This document shows positions 29,262 to 38,421 of a DNA stretch of 64,000 nucleotides, in pieces. The stretch lies in the IMG/VR virus record IMGVR_UViG_3300010282_000004, positions 83,595 through 147,594 of that record, one strand, 5' to 3'. The notes under the pieces were generated by a model. The model did not search any database and had not been told where the DNA came from. It saw only the letters and a program-made list of their open reading frames with translations. The first letter of the stretch is position 1; each line of letters opens with the position of its first letter. The position numbers and the translations under genes were made by a program. This DNA comes from a virus. Taxonomy: Duplodnaviria; Caudoviricetes.

Positions 29262-29869
29262 TCTTCTGCACAACCTTTCATCTTCTCTAACACTTCTACT
29301 ATTTGAGGGAATGTTCTTCCGGTCTTTTTTAATTTTGTTTTATAGTGATAAGAACAACGTTCACCATTTGAATCGAAACCCATGATATATTCATTTTTAA
29401 CAATACTTGTAATTACAAAAACTCTATCAAGGTAAACAACTTCATCTCCAACCTTAATCTCTTCATCCTTCTTTTTACGTTTCTCATATTCTTTTATCTT
29501 AGCTATTGCTTCTGATGCGGAATATTTGTTTATTACTTCGCAAGAATATTCATATTCCTCTGGTTCATATTCGCCATCATTGGTACAAATTAATCCACAT
29601 GACTTTAAGTTTTCAATAGTCATATCAGCTGCTATCTTCTTGGCGCATTCCCATGCTAAGTTTAACCCACGTTCGTAACTTGCATCTATTAATGTTTTAT
29701 ACATTTTGCTTGGGTTTTCATTCTCAAGGATTGATATAGCCTGATCAATTACGAACTTAGCACTATCACATGAAATACCGTCTATAAATGTTGCATTAAT
29801 AATATTAACTTCTTCAAGACTATTTTTGATTTCCTTTAACATTTCAATACACTCATCACGTCTTTCCAT
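29258..29869 (-). CDS. hypothetical phage protein
   Basis: AWECAKKI...EIKVGDEV...KKTGR. Confidence 0.75.
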   Translation of the reverse strand: MERRDECIEMLKEIKNSLEEVNIINATFIDGISCDSAKFVIDQAISILENENPSKMYKTLIDASYERGLNLAWECAKKIAADMTIENLKSCGLICTNDGEYEPEEYEYSCEVINKYSASEAIAKIKEYEKRKKKDEEIKVGDEVVYLDRVFVITSIVKNEYIMGFDSNGERCSYHYKTKLKKTGRTFPQIVEVLEKMKGCAEE

Positions 29870-29871
29870 TT

Positions 29872-30066
29872 TTAATTCTCCTCACATATATTTTTAGTCT
29901 TTAAAATAATATATTTTGCATTTTCAAAAGCATCTTGATGTTGTTCAGAAATTTCAAGACTAAAGATTCCATCTGATGTTGGGTTTAAAGGCAATTCAAA
30001 CTCGCCAATCTTCGTATCTCCTAACATAACATCAAATTTATTTGATAATTTAAATTCATTTAGCAT
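29872..30066 (-). CDS. hypothetical protein
   Basis: 64-aa ORF. Confidence 0.5.
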   Translation of the reverse strand: MLNEFKLSNKFDVMLGDTKIGEFELPLNPTSDGIFSLEISEQHQDAFENAKYIILKTKNICEEN

Positions 30067-30385
30067 TATTCAATGACCTTTCTTGATTATTATTTTTACA
30101 TTCATTTATAAAATCCAAAATGTAATTACAAGCATAGTCACTCTCGCTGCTACTTGGATTCACATCTAGCATAAAGTGACGTATTTCTTTTGCTATTGTA
30201 TCTAATGCATCTATGCATCCTTTTTCATACTGATTTCTGTCATATTGTAAGGCTTTTACCAATTCGTTCTTGTCAATCTCATAACCCATAGCCTGATTTA
30301 CTTGATACATTACTCTGTCTTCTTCATCAATGACCATTTTAGAGACTATATCTCCAATAACCTTATTAATTGGACTTTCAAACAT
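30056..30385 (-). CDS. hypothetical phage protein
   Basis: MFESPI...ELVKALQYDRNQYEKG. Confidence 0.7.
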   Translation of the reverse strand: MFESPINKVIGDIVSKMVIDEEDRVMYQVNQAMGYEIDKNELVKALQYDRNQYEKGCIDALDTIAKEIRHFMLDVNPSSSESDYACNYILDFINECKNNNQERSLNNAK

Positions 30386-30388
30386 ATT

Positions 30389-30604
30389 TTATTCCTCACT
30401 TTCATTATTCATTTCACATTCACACGAAAAATAAAATGTCATATCCTCTGGATATATCCCTTCGTTTTTCATTATTTGAATTTGATTGTAATAAGCCACA
30501 AGATCATGAATAGAAATCATTGTGTTATTTGCATCTTCAAGTTCCACAATGTCTTCTGAATGCTCTTTGTATTTTATTTTATTTTCTACATTGTTATTCT
30601 CCAT
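30389..30604 (-). CDS. hypothetical protein
   Basis: start trimmed to MENNN. Confidence 0.55.
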   Translation of the reverse strand: MENNNVENKIKYKEHSEDIVELEDANNTMISIHDLVAYYNQIQIMKNEGIYPEDMTFYFSCECEMNNESEE

Positions 30605-30611
30605 TATTTTT

Positions 30612-30935
30612 TTACCTACTTTCCACAATATAGTATGTACCCTCAATCAAACCTAAACTGCTCTTCTCACTGAAAGTCCATGTTACCGGGACTTCATCTT
30701 CCGTCATAGGTCTTGTGAGAATCCAAAGATTATCATCTTTCCAAGTTACTTCTTCTAACTTTTGCCCAGGCTCTAACTCGTACTCAGCAGATCCACCCCA
30801 ATGCTTCACTCTTGAATTCTTTGTGCATCCACTTTGCAGAGCCACAACAATAATAAGAATCACTGTAGGGATTAATAATAGCTTTGTTCTGTTTTTGTAG
30901 TTCTGTGTGTTACAATTTTCTTTTGTTTTAATCAT
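30612..30935 (-). CDS. putative lipoprotein
   Basis: hydrophobic signal then SGC; WGG...LEPGQKLEEVTWK...LWILTRPM. Confidence 0.7.
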   Translation of the reverse strand: MIKTKENCNTQNYKNRTKLLLIPTVILIIVVALQSGCTKNSRVKHWGGSAEYELEPGQKLEEVTWKDDNLWILTRPMTEDEVPVTWTFSEKSSLGLIEGTYYIVESR

Positions 30936-30969
30936 TGTTCTATTCTCCTATTTTTTGAAAGTATTCGCT

Positions 30970-31320
30970 TTACCACCATTCACTTGATGCTTTAATGCAA
31001 ACTCTATATGGTAGATCACTTGTACTTAACGTATCTCTTGCAATAGTAAGAGCTTCTATATCATCATCAATCGGAATATCAATTCCAACTCCGTTTGTTT
31101 TACAGATTTTATATGTGTCAATCATTCTGTCAATATGTTCAATAGCTTTCACTCTTGTCATGCTGCTATCATTGTTGATAAGATATTTATTTGATCTATT
31201 CTTACTCATCGCATCAATAGCTTCGTCAATCACTTCAGGAAAGTCTGTGTAACTCTTCAGACTTTCCAACATTTCAGTTTTAGTCATGCCGTTAGGCAAT
31301 TTATTTTCCATTCTGTTCAT
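30970..31320 (-). CDS. hypothetical protein
   Basis: 116-aa ORF. Confidence 0.65.
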   Translation of the reverse strand: MNRMENKLPNGMTKTEMLESLKSYTDFPEVIDEAIDAMSKNRSNKYLINNDSSMTRVKAIEHIDRMIDTYKICKTNGVGIDIPIDDDIEALTIARDTLSTSDLPYRVCIKASSEWW

Positions 31321-31648
31321 GATTTAATCTCCTCTCACAGTCAAATGCTCCCATCTGATATCCTTCCTTCCAACCATCAGCAAAACATACTGTGTCCCAT
31401 TCAATCTTACCTACAATATCTGCACTAACTTCATCATTTGCGGTTTCAAGATTCTTAATATAGCCTTCAAGCCTGTTATTAATCATATCTTTTGCAATAA
31501 GTAAACCTAAATTCTTCCCCTGATCAAAGTCATCGTAAGGATAGGTCGTTAACCTATCCTCGATTTCCTTCATTGCAATTTGAACAGTGGCAACTAAACC
31601 AAGAAAAACCTTATTATCAATCTTTTCTATTTCCATATTGCTCACCAT
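31301..31648 (-). CDS. hypothetical protein
   Basis: 115-aa ORF. Confidence 0.65.
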   Translation of the reverse strand: MVSNMEIEKIDNKVFLGLVATVQIAMKEIEDRLTTYPYDDFDQGKNLGLLIAKDMINNRLEGYIKNLETANDEVSADIVGKIEWDTVCFADGWKEGYQMGAFDCERRLNHEQNGK

Positions 31649-31656
31649 TTCCTTTC

Positions 31657-32796
31657 TTAAGCCACCTTCTCAATCCCAAGGAAATCCTTGAGAAGAGATT
31701 CGATGTGATTAATCTTTGCAACTACAAGACTCTTGTCTTTGGTAGAACGTCTACCTTCCAAATCGTCATAAGACTTTTCACCAATGACAACACTGTGAAG
31801 TTCTTCTACAAATTTAGTCATGAACTCAGCAAAATCATCATCGTTTTTTCCGTACTTCTTATAACGACTGAACACTGAGAACCAAATGAATGATTCCTTA
31901 TTTGTAAACAGACCTTCGTTGCTACCGTCAACCAGATCCTCAAGTCTTGTAAGTGTGTCATTCATATCATCAAACTGTTCCAATGTTGCATTGTCACGGA
32001 TATAAGCACATGTATCTTCCTGATTAGTCTTCCAATCATCAATAAAGTTTGCTGCCATAATAGACTCACAGATAACTCTATCAATGTTTCCGTTAACACG
32101 GCCATTCTTTCCGTACTCACCACAATCTGTGAAGAAGTCATGATTAGCAAGATCCTTAACTTCCTTTGCAAAATCTTCACCAAGATTGATGATTCCCTTC
32201 TGAGTCTTGTTCATAGGTCTGCCAGCATTATATCTAGCAATGTGATATACAATATCCTCTGAAGGACAATTCATATATAATGTGCAATCAAAACAGTATT
32301 CCATGATTTTATCCTGAAGTTCTTCAGGCAACTGAGAATATGATTTGTTTGCAATATCAAACTCTCTCCACTCCATTACCGGGATTCTATCCTCATCAAC
32401 AACATAGTTTCCGTCTTCGTCCTTTAACTGTGTCTGATAAGAAATAATATTTCTTGTTACTTTCTTTGAAACCTTGAATGCATCATGTACGTAATTGTAA
32501 ACAGTAGTACATCTCTGTTTGCCATCAAGATTCCAAATGATATAAGTTCCGTTAACAACCTGTTCAGCCAATACAATTGCAGGAATAGGATTGCCTTGGA
32601 TAATATCAGAGATAAAGTTACCCTTTGTCTTGTTATCCCACTGTTCAGCTTCTCTCTGATTGGGATGATCGAATCTGATAGTCTGCTTGTCAATCTTCTT
32701 TATAATAGAAGAAACAGAATATTTCTCCATCTTGCTCTTTTCAAATGTCTGTGTGTTGTTATTGTTCATGTTCATGTTTGTGTTTGTGTTTCTCAT
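31657..32796 (-). CDS. DUF262 (ParB-like/GmrS-type) domain protein
   Basis: QR...W, IIQGNPIPAI, LDGKQR, YNAGRPMN. Confidence 0.8.
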   Translation of the reverse strand: MRNTNTNMNMNNNNTQTFEKSKMEKYSVSSIIKKIDKQTIRFDHPNQREAEQWDNKTKGNFISDIIQGNPIPAIVLAEQVVNGTYIIWNLDGKQRCTTVYNYVHDAFKVSKKVTRNIISYQTQLKDEDGNYVVDEDRIPVMEWREFDIANKSYSQLPEELQDKIMEYCFDCTLYMNCPSEDIVYHIARYNAGRPMNKTQKGIINLGEDFAKEVKDLANHDFFTDCGEYGKNGRVNGNIDRVICESIMAANFIDDWKTNQEDTCAYIRDNATLEQFDDMNDTLTRLEDLVDGSNEGLFTNKESFIWFSVFSRYKKYGKNDDDFAEFMTKFVEELHSVVIGEKSYDDLEGRRSTKDKSLVVAKINHIESLLKDFLGIEKVA

Positions 32797-32821
32797 AATT
32801 CATTGCCTCCAAATCTTCTTA

Positions 32822-33415
32822 TTAATATGTACAGTTACTAAGTAAAATACGATTGTTAAATGTTTTCATTCCATTCATACAAGTACGGAATCTCTTTTCT
32901 GTCATGTTTAAAATCTTTTTGATTGCATCAAAGTCATATCCTTGGATGATTAAGTCTACAATTGCAATCTGTTTCTTTGAAAGTCCTGAAAGAAACCTAT
33001 CAAAGTTTGTGTTACCACTCAGTTCTTCAATTTCTTCTGTCACATCAAAATCTGATTCAAGAACTTCTGCATATGTTCTTTCAGATCCGTCAGCAACCGG
33101 GGCATCAATGCTTGTGATCAACTGAGAAGGAATTCTTTTCTGTCTGTTTCTTTCCGTAATATATGTTTTAAACTTCTTGCTAAGACAACCATAAAGGAAG
33201 TTTTCAAACTTGATCAGGTTATCTAAGGAATACTCTTCGTCATAATCTCTTGCAGCTTTCCATAATGTTTCATTTGCTATGGAATAGAAATCATCATAGT
33301 CTGCATTGCTTACTCCACCATACTTTGCTATCAGTGGATAACTGATTCTTTTCAATCGAGCCATGTTGTTTTCACTATACTTGTTACAGATTTCTTTAAC
33401 TTTTGCTTCGTTCAT
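32822..33415 (-). CDS. phage sigma-70-family factor
   Basis: DDFYSIANETLWKA (region 2), SIDAP, LSKKQ...GY (region 4). Confidence 0.75.
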   Translation of the reverse strand: MNEAKVKEICNKYSENNMARLKRISYPLIAKYGGVSNADYDDFYSIANETLWKAARDYDEEYSLDNLIKFENFLYGCLSKKFKTYITERNRQKRIPSQLITSIDAPVADGSERTYAEVLESDFDVTEEIEELSGNTNFDRFLSGLSKKQIAIVDLIIQGYDFDAIKKILNMTEKRFRTCMNGMKTFNNRILLSNCTY

Positions 33416-33579
33416 TTTTAAACCCTCACCTTCATTAATAGTTGAATTTTGGCAACAAAGAACCAGACCATCTAAAAGTTATACTTTTAACAGTTTATTC
33501 TCCGTTTCTTATTAAGTTGTGTTTGGAAATTACTTCTGATCCTTTCTTGATATTTAAGAACTTAGAATTTAAGATATGT

Positions 33580-33591
33580 GAACAACAGTTC
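33580..33591. promoter_or_regulatory. Firmicute LexA/DinR (SOS) box
   Basis: GAAC-AACA-GTTC followed by G. Confidence 0.65.
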
Positions 33592-33594
33592 GTG

Positions 33595-33781
33595 TTGAAA
33601 TTTTTCAGTAAAAAGTTTATAATGTACTTACAAAGACTATAGAAACTTTTCAGTAGACAAATTTCAAAATGCGTTTATTCTCTATATCTTATTTTATTGT
33701 GCCGAATCTTTTCTGCAACTCTATATCCTATTATACAGAAAGATTTCTGCATGTCAATACTTTTTTGTAGAATATTTTCTA
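33595..33781. promoter_or_regulatory. five 14-bp operator-like palindromes (YAGAA-N4-TTCTR)
   Basis: 33595-33608, 33640-33653, 33702-33715, 33736-33749, 33768-33781. Confidence 0.7.
33730..33757 (-). promoter_or_regulatory. sigmaA promoter towards the sigma/DUF262 operon
   Basis: TTGACA-N16-TATAAT with an operator in the spacer. Confidence 0.75.
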
Positions 33782-33798
33782 CAGAGAGGAGTGATTAT

Positions 33799-34149
33799 AT
33801 GTCGACCCTATATGAAAAGGTAGAAACGTTAAGAAGAGAAAAAGGAATCTCTCAAAGAATATTAGAATCAGAACTTGGTTTCTCTAATGGTTCTATTTCT
33901 AAATGGAAAAAAAGCACGCCAACCATTGATCGAATTCAAAAGTTGGCGAACTACTTTAATGTTCCTGTTGAATATTTAACTGATACCGGGTTAACTAAGA
34001 TTGTTAATGCTTATAATACTCACATTATAAAAGAACAAGAAGAAGCTGATGCAAGAGTCAAGGAGTTATTTGATCTATATGAGAAAGCAACTCCTGAAAC
34101 TCAAGAAACAATAATTGCTTTCTTAAAAGCTTCTCTACGCAAGTCTTAG
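33799..34149 (+). CDS. Xre-family HTH repressor
   Basis: LRREKGISQRILESELGFSNGSISKWKK...LANYFNV; start after GAGGAG. Confidence 0.88.
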   Translation: MSTLYEKVETLRREKGISQRILESELGFSNGSISKWKKSTPTIDRIQKLANYFNVPVEYLTDTGLTKIVNAYNTHIIKEQEEADARVKELFDLYEKATPETQETIIAFLKASLRKS

Positions 34150-34344
34150 ATTCTTCATCTGCATTATTAAATAAGTAAATAAATTGTAATAATTTTAAAT
34201 CCCTATCCATAAGCAATACCCCCATATATTTCTTATGAGATAATAATACCACTTTTTGAGTACTATATAAAGTTCTTTATACGAAAAGACCGTTCGACTT
34301 TTGTTCCATTTCTGTTCCACACAAGAAACAATTGGAGGATTTTA

Positions 34345-34935
34345 ATGACTACTACAAGAGATATTATCATTAAACTAAAAGAAGTCAGAGAAGAAAAGAA
34401 CTTATCTTTCAACGACATCATTTCTCTTATGGAAAAAAATAACGATTATATAGCAAAATCAACATTATCCAGGGTATTTGCAGAGGGATCTGAAGAGCAT
34501 ACAAATTTTAAATATGAAGAAACAATTCGACCAATTGCAAAAGCTCTCTTAGATATTGAGAATATTGAAGATGATGATACAATGGACATCAAGGCAATGA
34601 AATCCCTTCTTAAATATAAGATGGAAAAGATAAATGAACTTGAGATCCAAGTGTCAAGATTAGAATCTCAGTTGGATAAAGAACAGATTAAGCACCACCA
34701 AAAGTTGGAAAAAGAAAGAGAACAACATAGAAACAGTATAGAGTTCCTTAAGCACCAGATCGAACTTGAGGACAAAAGAATGGATTGGCTTCTTGAATCT
34801 GTGTTTAAAAAGGATGAGCAGCATGGAATATTGCTCGAACAATTTATCTCTAACCGGGAAATGCTACAAAGAATAATAGATGATTTGCCTTGTGGAAGTT
34901 GCGACAATAAGGGCTGCCAAGGATTGGAAATATAG
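34345..34935 (+). CDS. HTH plus coiled-coil regulator
   Basis: LKEVREEKNLSFNDI...KSTLSRVF; coiled-coil C-terminus. Confidence 0.7.
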   Translation: MTTTRDIIIKLKEVREEKNLSFNDIISLMEKNNDYIAKSTLSRVFAEGSEEHTNFKYEETIRPIAKALLDIENIEDDDTMDIKAMKSLLKYKMEKINELEIQVSRLESQLDKEQIKHHQKLEKEREQHRNSIEFLKHQIELEDKRMDWLLESVFKKDEQHGILLEQFISNREMLQRIIDDLPCGSCDNKGCQGLEI

Positions 34936-35007
34936 AAAATATAAGAATCGCAAAAAGGCCCTAAGACGAATTTTAAAATATTAAAATACGGAATTTAAAA
35001 ATGGGCA

Positions 35008-35049
35008 TAAAAAAAATGCGGTTAGCCACAATTAAGTGACCAACCGCAT
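35008..35049 (-). terminator. terminator between converging genes
   Basis: ATGCGGTT/AACCGCAT stem with a long A/T tract. Confidence 0.7.
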
Positions 35050-35106
35050 CTGTAAAATATCATATTATAATAGGAAGAAACTCTATTTTGCAATTCCGTT
35101 TATAAA

Positions 35107-36117
35107 TTAATCCTTGATTCCATGCATCTGTTTTGCAAGCATTTCAGTTGCATTCATTCTATCATTGTTATCTACCATCGCATACTTTCTTGTTGTTGCC
35201 GGAGATTTGTGTCCAAGTGTTTCTGCTACAATATAAATATCTCTTGTCGCCCGGTACATATTTGTAGCACATGTACTTCTAAGTTTGTGAGGTGTAATGT
35301 GTTTATTGATTCCATTTGTATATTTATTTACAATATATTGAATGGATCTTACATCCATTTTTTCTTTTCTATTTGATATAAATAAATATCCACAATCATT
35401 ACTACCTTTTAAAAGTTCCTTTCTATGCCTAATCCATGTATGTAATAGTTCTATTGTCTCATCATCAAGATATAATTTCTTTTCTCTTGCCTTATCAATT
35501 ACATATATACATTTCTTATCGAAGTCTATATCTTCCATTGATATTTGACTTAATGCAGTAACACGAACGCCTGTCATAATTGGAATTTGGAATAACAATA
35601 AATCTCTATACATCCATGGTTTTTGTCTTGCCCTTGCCCTACTGCTCCCTGTTCCAGATAAAATATTATTTTTTACAATACTATATTCCTCTGGCTCAAG
35701 AAAAGTAATTTCATTATCTCCAACATTTGGCCTTTTAATTCTCTTGCCATCAAATGGATTGTCAGTTATAATATTATTATATTTAAGAAATGTTGTAAAT
35801 GCATTTATGTAGCAATATAGATTTGCTTTTGCATCATCACGTAACTCTTTATTGTCATCAAAATATTGTATCTCAGACATAAACTGTTGAATTACTCTTG
35901 GACTAATTTTGTTTAGTTTTTCATTGTTAACACTATTAATATTTCCATTTGAATACCAATTAAGAAATCTTATTGCACTATCAATATAAATCTTTTTTGT
36001 CTTATATGTTTTTTCATTTAAGTAATAATAGTAATCCATAAGAAATTCCGGCATGCCACTTATTTTTTCTCTTATTTTTTTCTCTTCCCTAATCTTATCT
36101 TCAATACGTCCTCTCAT
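35107..36117 (-). CDS. tyrosine recombinase (XerC/D-like)
   Basis: TGVRV (R), PHKLRST (HxxR), LGH, TRKY (Y). Confidence 0.92.
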   Translation of the reverse strand: MRGRIEDKIREEKKIREKISGMPEFLMDYYYYLNEKTYKTKKIYIDSAIRFLNWYSNGNINSVNNEKLNKISPRVIQQFMSEIQYFDDNKELRDDAKANLYCYINAFTTFLKYNNIITDNPFDGKRIKRPNVGDNEITFLEPEEYSIVKNNILSGTGSSRARARQKPWMYRDLLLFQIPIMTGVRVTALSQISMEDIDFDKKCIYVIDKAREKKLYLDDETIELLHTWIRHRKELLKGSNDCGYLFISNRKEKMDVRSIQYIVNKYTNGINKHITPHKLRSTCATNMYRATRDIYIVAETLGHKSPATTRKYAMVDNNDRMNATEMLAKQMHGIKD

Positions 36118-36240
36118 AATTTAAATCCTCCTTATAATATTATTCTTTAAAAATTATCTTTATATAAATAAAAAGACCAATCAATTGTACCGACCCCCAA
36201 AAGTTAGACCAAAATCTAACGATTGGAGGTCGGTATTTTT

Positions 36241-36819
36241 ATGTCTAAACATTCCTATGAATTTAAGAAACAAGTAGTCATGGAGTATCTTAATGGTAAC
36301 GGTGGAACCCATTATCTTTCTAGCAAGTATGACCTTGGCTCAAATTCTCAACTTAGAAAGTGGATTGCAGCTTATAAAAAATACGGAGACGAAGGACTAA
36401 AACGGTCTCGAAAAAAAGAAACTTACTCTTTTGAAAAGAAACTTTATGTAGTAGAGTTATATCTATCAAGCGAGATTTCATATCAAGATTTGGCAATACA
36501 AGAAGGCATAACCAATCCAAGCATGATTGCGATCTGGGTTAATCGTTATAGAATTGCTGGTCCTGATGCTTTGAGACCTCGTAAGAAAGGTCGAAAGAAA
36601 ACTTTGGATAAACATAAGATAGAAAATCATAAAAAAGATACTGAAGAAATAACTGTTGATACAAGTGCTGAACATGTAAAAGAATTAGAAGACGAGCTTC
36701 TTAAACTAAGAATCGAGAATGCATTTTTAAAAGAACTGAGGAGACTGCGTTTAGAGGACGAGGCAAAAACGAGAGAACGGCGCTCATCATCAGCAGCCTC
36801 CGAAGAGAGTTCAAATTAA
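36241..36819 (+). CDS. IS3 transposase OrfA
   Basis: MSKHSYEFKKQVV HTH; LRIENAFLKEL. Confidence 0.9.
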   Translation: MSKHSYEFKKQVVMEYLNGNGGTHYLSSKYDLGSNSQLRKWIAAYKKYGDEGLKRSRKKETYSFEKKLYVVELYLSSEISYQDLAIQEGITNPSMIAIWVNRYRIAGPDALRPRKKGRKKTLDKHKIENHKKDTEEITVDTSAEHVKELEDELLKLRIENAFLKELRRLRLEDEAKTRERRSSSAASEESSN

Positions 36820-36842
36820 AAGACCTTCTCTCTTATACAGGC

Positions 36843-37661
36843 ATGCCTAAAGCTACATACATGTATTGGCAAAAACGGTTTGATAGAGAAAATCCTGACA
36901 AAGAAATTGAAGAAAAGATTCTTGAAATACGTACGATTAATAAGGATTATGGTTATCGTCGTGTATTAGGCGAATTAAAAAATCAGGGATATGCTGTAAA
37001 CAAGAAAAAAGTACAGCGCATAATGCAGAAACTTGGGTTGCAAGTCACTTCATTTACACGTAAGAGCCGTAAATATAGTTCATACAAGGGCAAGATTGGA
37101 ACAGTCGCACCTAATCGTATAAGAAGACGCTTTAATACACATATTCCTCATCAGAAGATCACTACAGATACTACAGAGTTTAAGTATTACGAAATTGATG
37201 CTAAAGGTCATATGATAATGCATAAGCTTTATTTAGATCCATATATGGATATGTGTAATGGAGAGATCATCAGCTATGGAATAGCAAAACAACCATCTGC
37301 TAAAAATGTAATGGATGCTTTGGAACAGGCAATAGTCGTAACATCTGATTGTCCATATCGCAGAACTTTTCATTCTGACCAAGGTTGGGCTTATCAAATG
37401 AAAGCTTATTCTCATCGCCTTAAGGAAGAACGAATCTTCCAGAGTATGTCTAGGAAAGGGAACTGCCACGATAATTCAGTCATGGAAAACTTTTTTGGCT
37501 TGCTCAAACAGGAAATCTATTATGGAGTTGTTTATTATAGCTACGAAGAATTGAAATCTGAAATCGAACGATATATAAAGTATTACAATGAACAAAGAAT
37601 TAAAGAGAAACTAGGATGGCTGAGTCCTGTTCAATACAGGCTTCGCCTCTTGGCTGCATAA
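36843..37661 (+). CDS. IS3 transposase OrfB (DDE), likely joined to OrfA by frameshift
   Basis: YGYRR, TDTTE, HSDQG, SRKGNCHDNSVMENFF. Confidence 0.92.
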   Translation: MPKATYMYWQKRFDRENPDKEIEEKILEIRTINKDYGYRRVLGELKNQGYAVNKKKVQRIMQKLGLQVTSFTRKSRKYSSYKGKIGTVAPNRIRRRFNTHIPHQKITTDTTEFKYYEIDAKGHMIMHKLYLDPYMDMCNGEIISYGIAKQPSAKNVMDALEQAIVVTSDCPYRRTFHSDQGWAYQMKAYSHRLKEERIFQSMSRKGNCHDNSVMENFFGLLKQEIYYGVVYYSYEELKSEIERYIKYYNEQRIKEKLGWLSPVQYRLRLLAA

Positions 37662-37738
37662 AAAAAGCGTAGCAGCCATAAAACTGCTACGCTTAAAAAG
37701 TCTAACTTTTGGGGGTCACATCAAATTGATTAGTCTTT

Positions 37739-38401
37739 TTATAATTTGTATTTAAGTTTATATTTATTTTTATATTTATTGTTTGTTAAAAAAGAATAAA
37801 TATAATTCTGTTGTTGCTCCAGCAATTCTCTACTAACAGTTATACCATACATATCACAATGATCTAATGCCCACTGTGTAGCTAAATATTCCTGTTCAAC
37901 TCTCCACATATATGATAAGTTTGTTTCTATATGACCTATCTCATGTAAAATTGAGAACAAATCAATATTATTAGGATTTTCTATACATTTTAATTTCAAA
38001 TAAACTTTTTTATTAGTTATTTCTGCATATGCATAATAATTTTCATTTGATTTTGCTATTATGTCATCTAACTCATCATTCATTTTTTCTATTGTATTAT
38101 CAACAACATTGAGTGTTATATGTTTATAGTCTGACAGTATTTTTCTTAATATTATATTGTTTATTTCTCCATTATATTTCTGTGGTACCACATACAGTTT
38201 ATGAGCAATTTTATCCATTGACTCAACCACAAATTTAATTGCATCCTTATCTATATTTCCATTATCATTTACTAAATATTTTTTCATACCATCATACTTA
38301 TCTTTTTGTAACAATTGAGATAATATAATTGTTTTATTGTCAATATTATTACCTGCCATATAAAGCATAACATTTAAATAAAATTCAAATTCTTTACTCA
38401 T
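37739..38401 (-). CDS. HExxH metallopeptidase-like protein (ImmA/IrrE-like C-terminus)
   Basis: LHEIGH...EQEYLATQWA. Confidence 0.6.
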   Translation of the reverse strand: MSKEFEFYLNVMLYMAGNNIDNKTIILSQLLQKDKYDGMKKYLVNDNGNIDKDAIKFVVESMDKIAHKLYVVPQKYNGEINNIILRKILSDYKHITLNVVDNTIEKMNDELDDIIAKSNENYYAYAEITNKKVYLKLKCIENPNNIDLFSILHEIGHIETNLSYMWRVEQEYLATQWALDHCDMYGITVSRELLEQQQNYIYSFLTNNKYKNKYKLKYKL

Positions 38402-38421
38402 TATTATAATTTCCTTTCTTT

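Larger units (their letters stand above)
36186..37723 (+). mobile_element. IS3-family (IS150-like) insertion sequence
   Basis: IRs TGTACCGACCCCCAAAAGTTAGAC / GTCTAACTTTTGGGGGTCACATCA; 3-bp AAT target duplication. Confidence 0.93.

Noticed and set aside
33697-33798. N-terminal extension of the repressor
   Set aside because: It overlaps operators and the promoter; a good SD precedes the ATG at 33799
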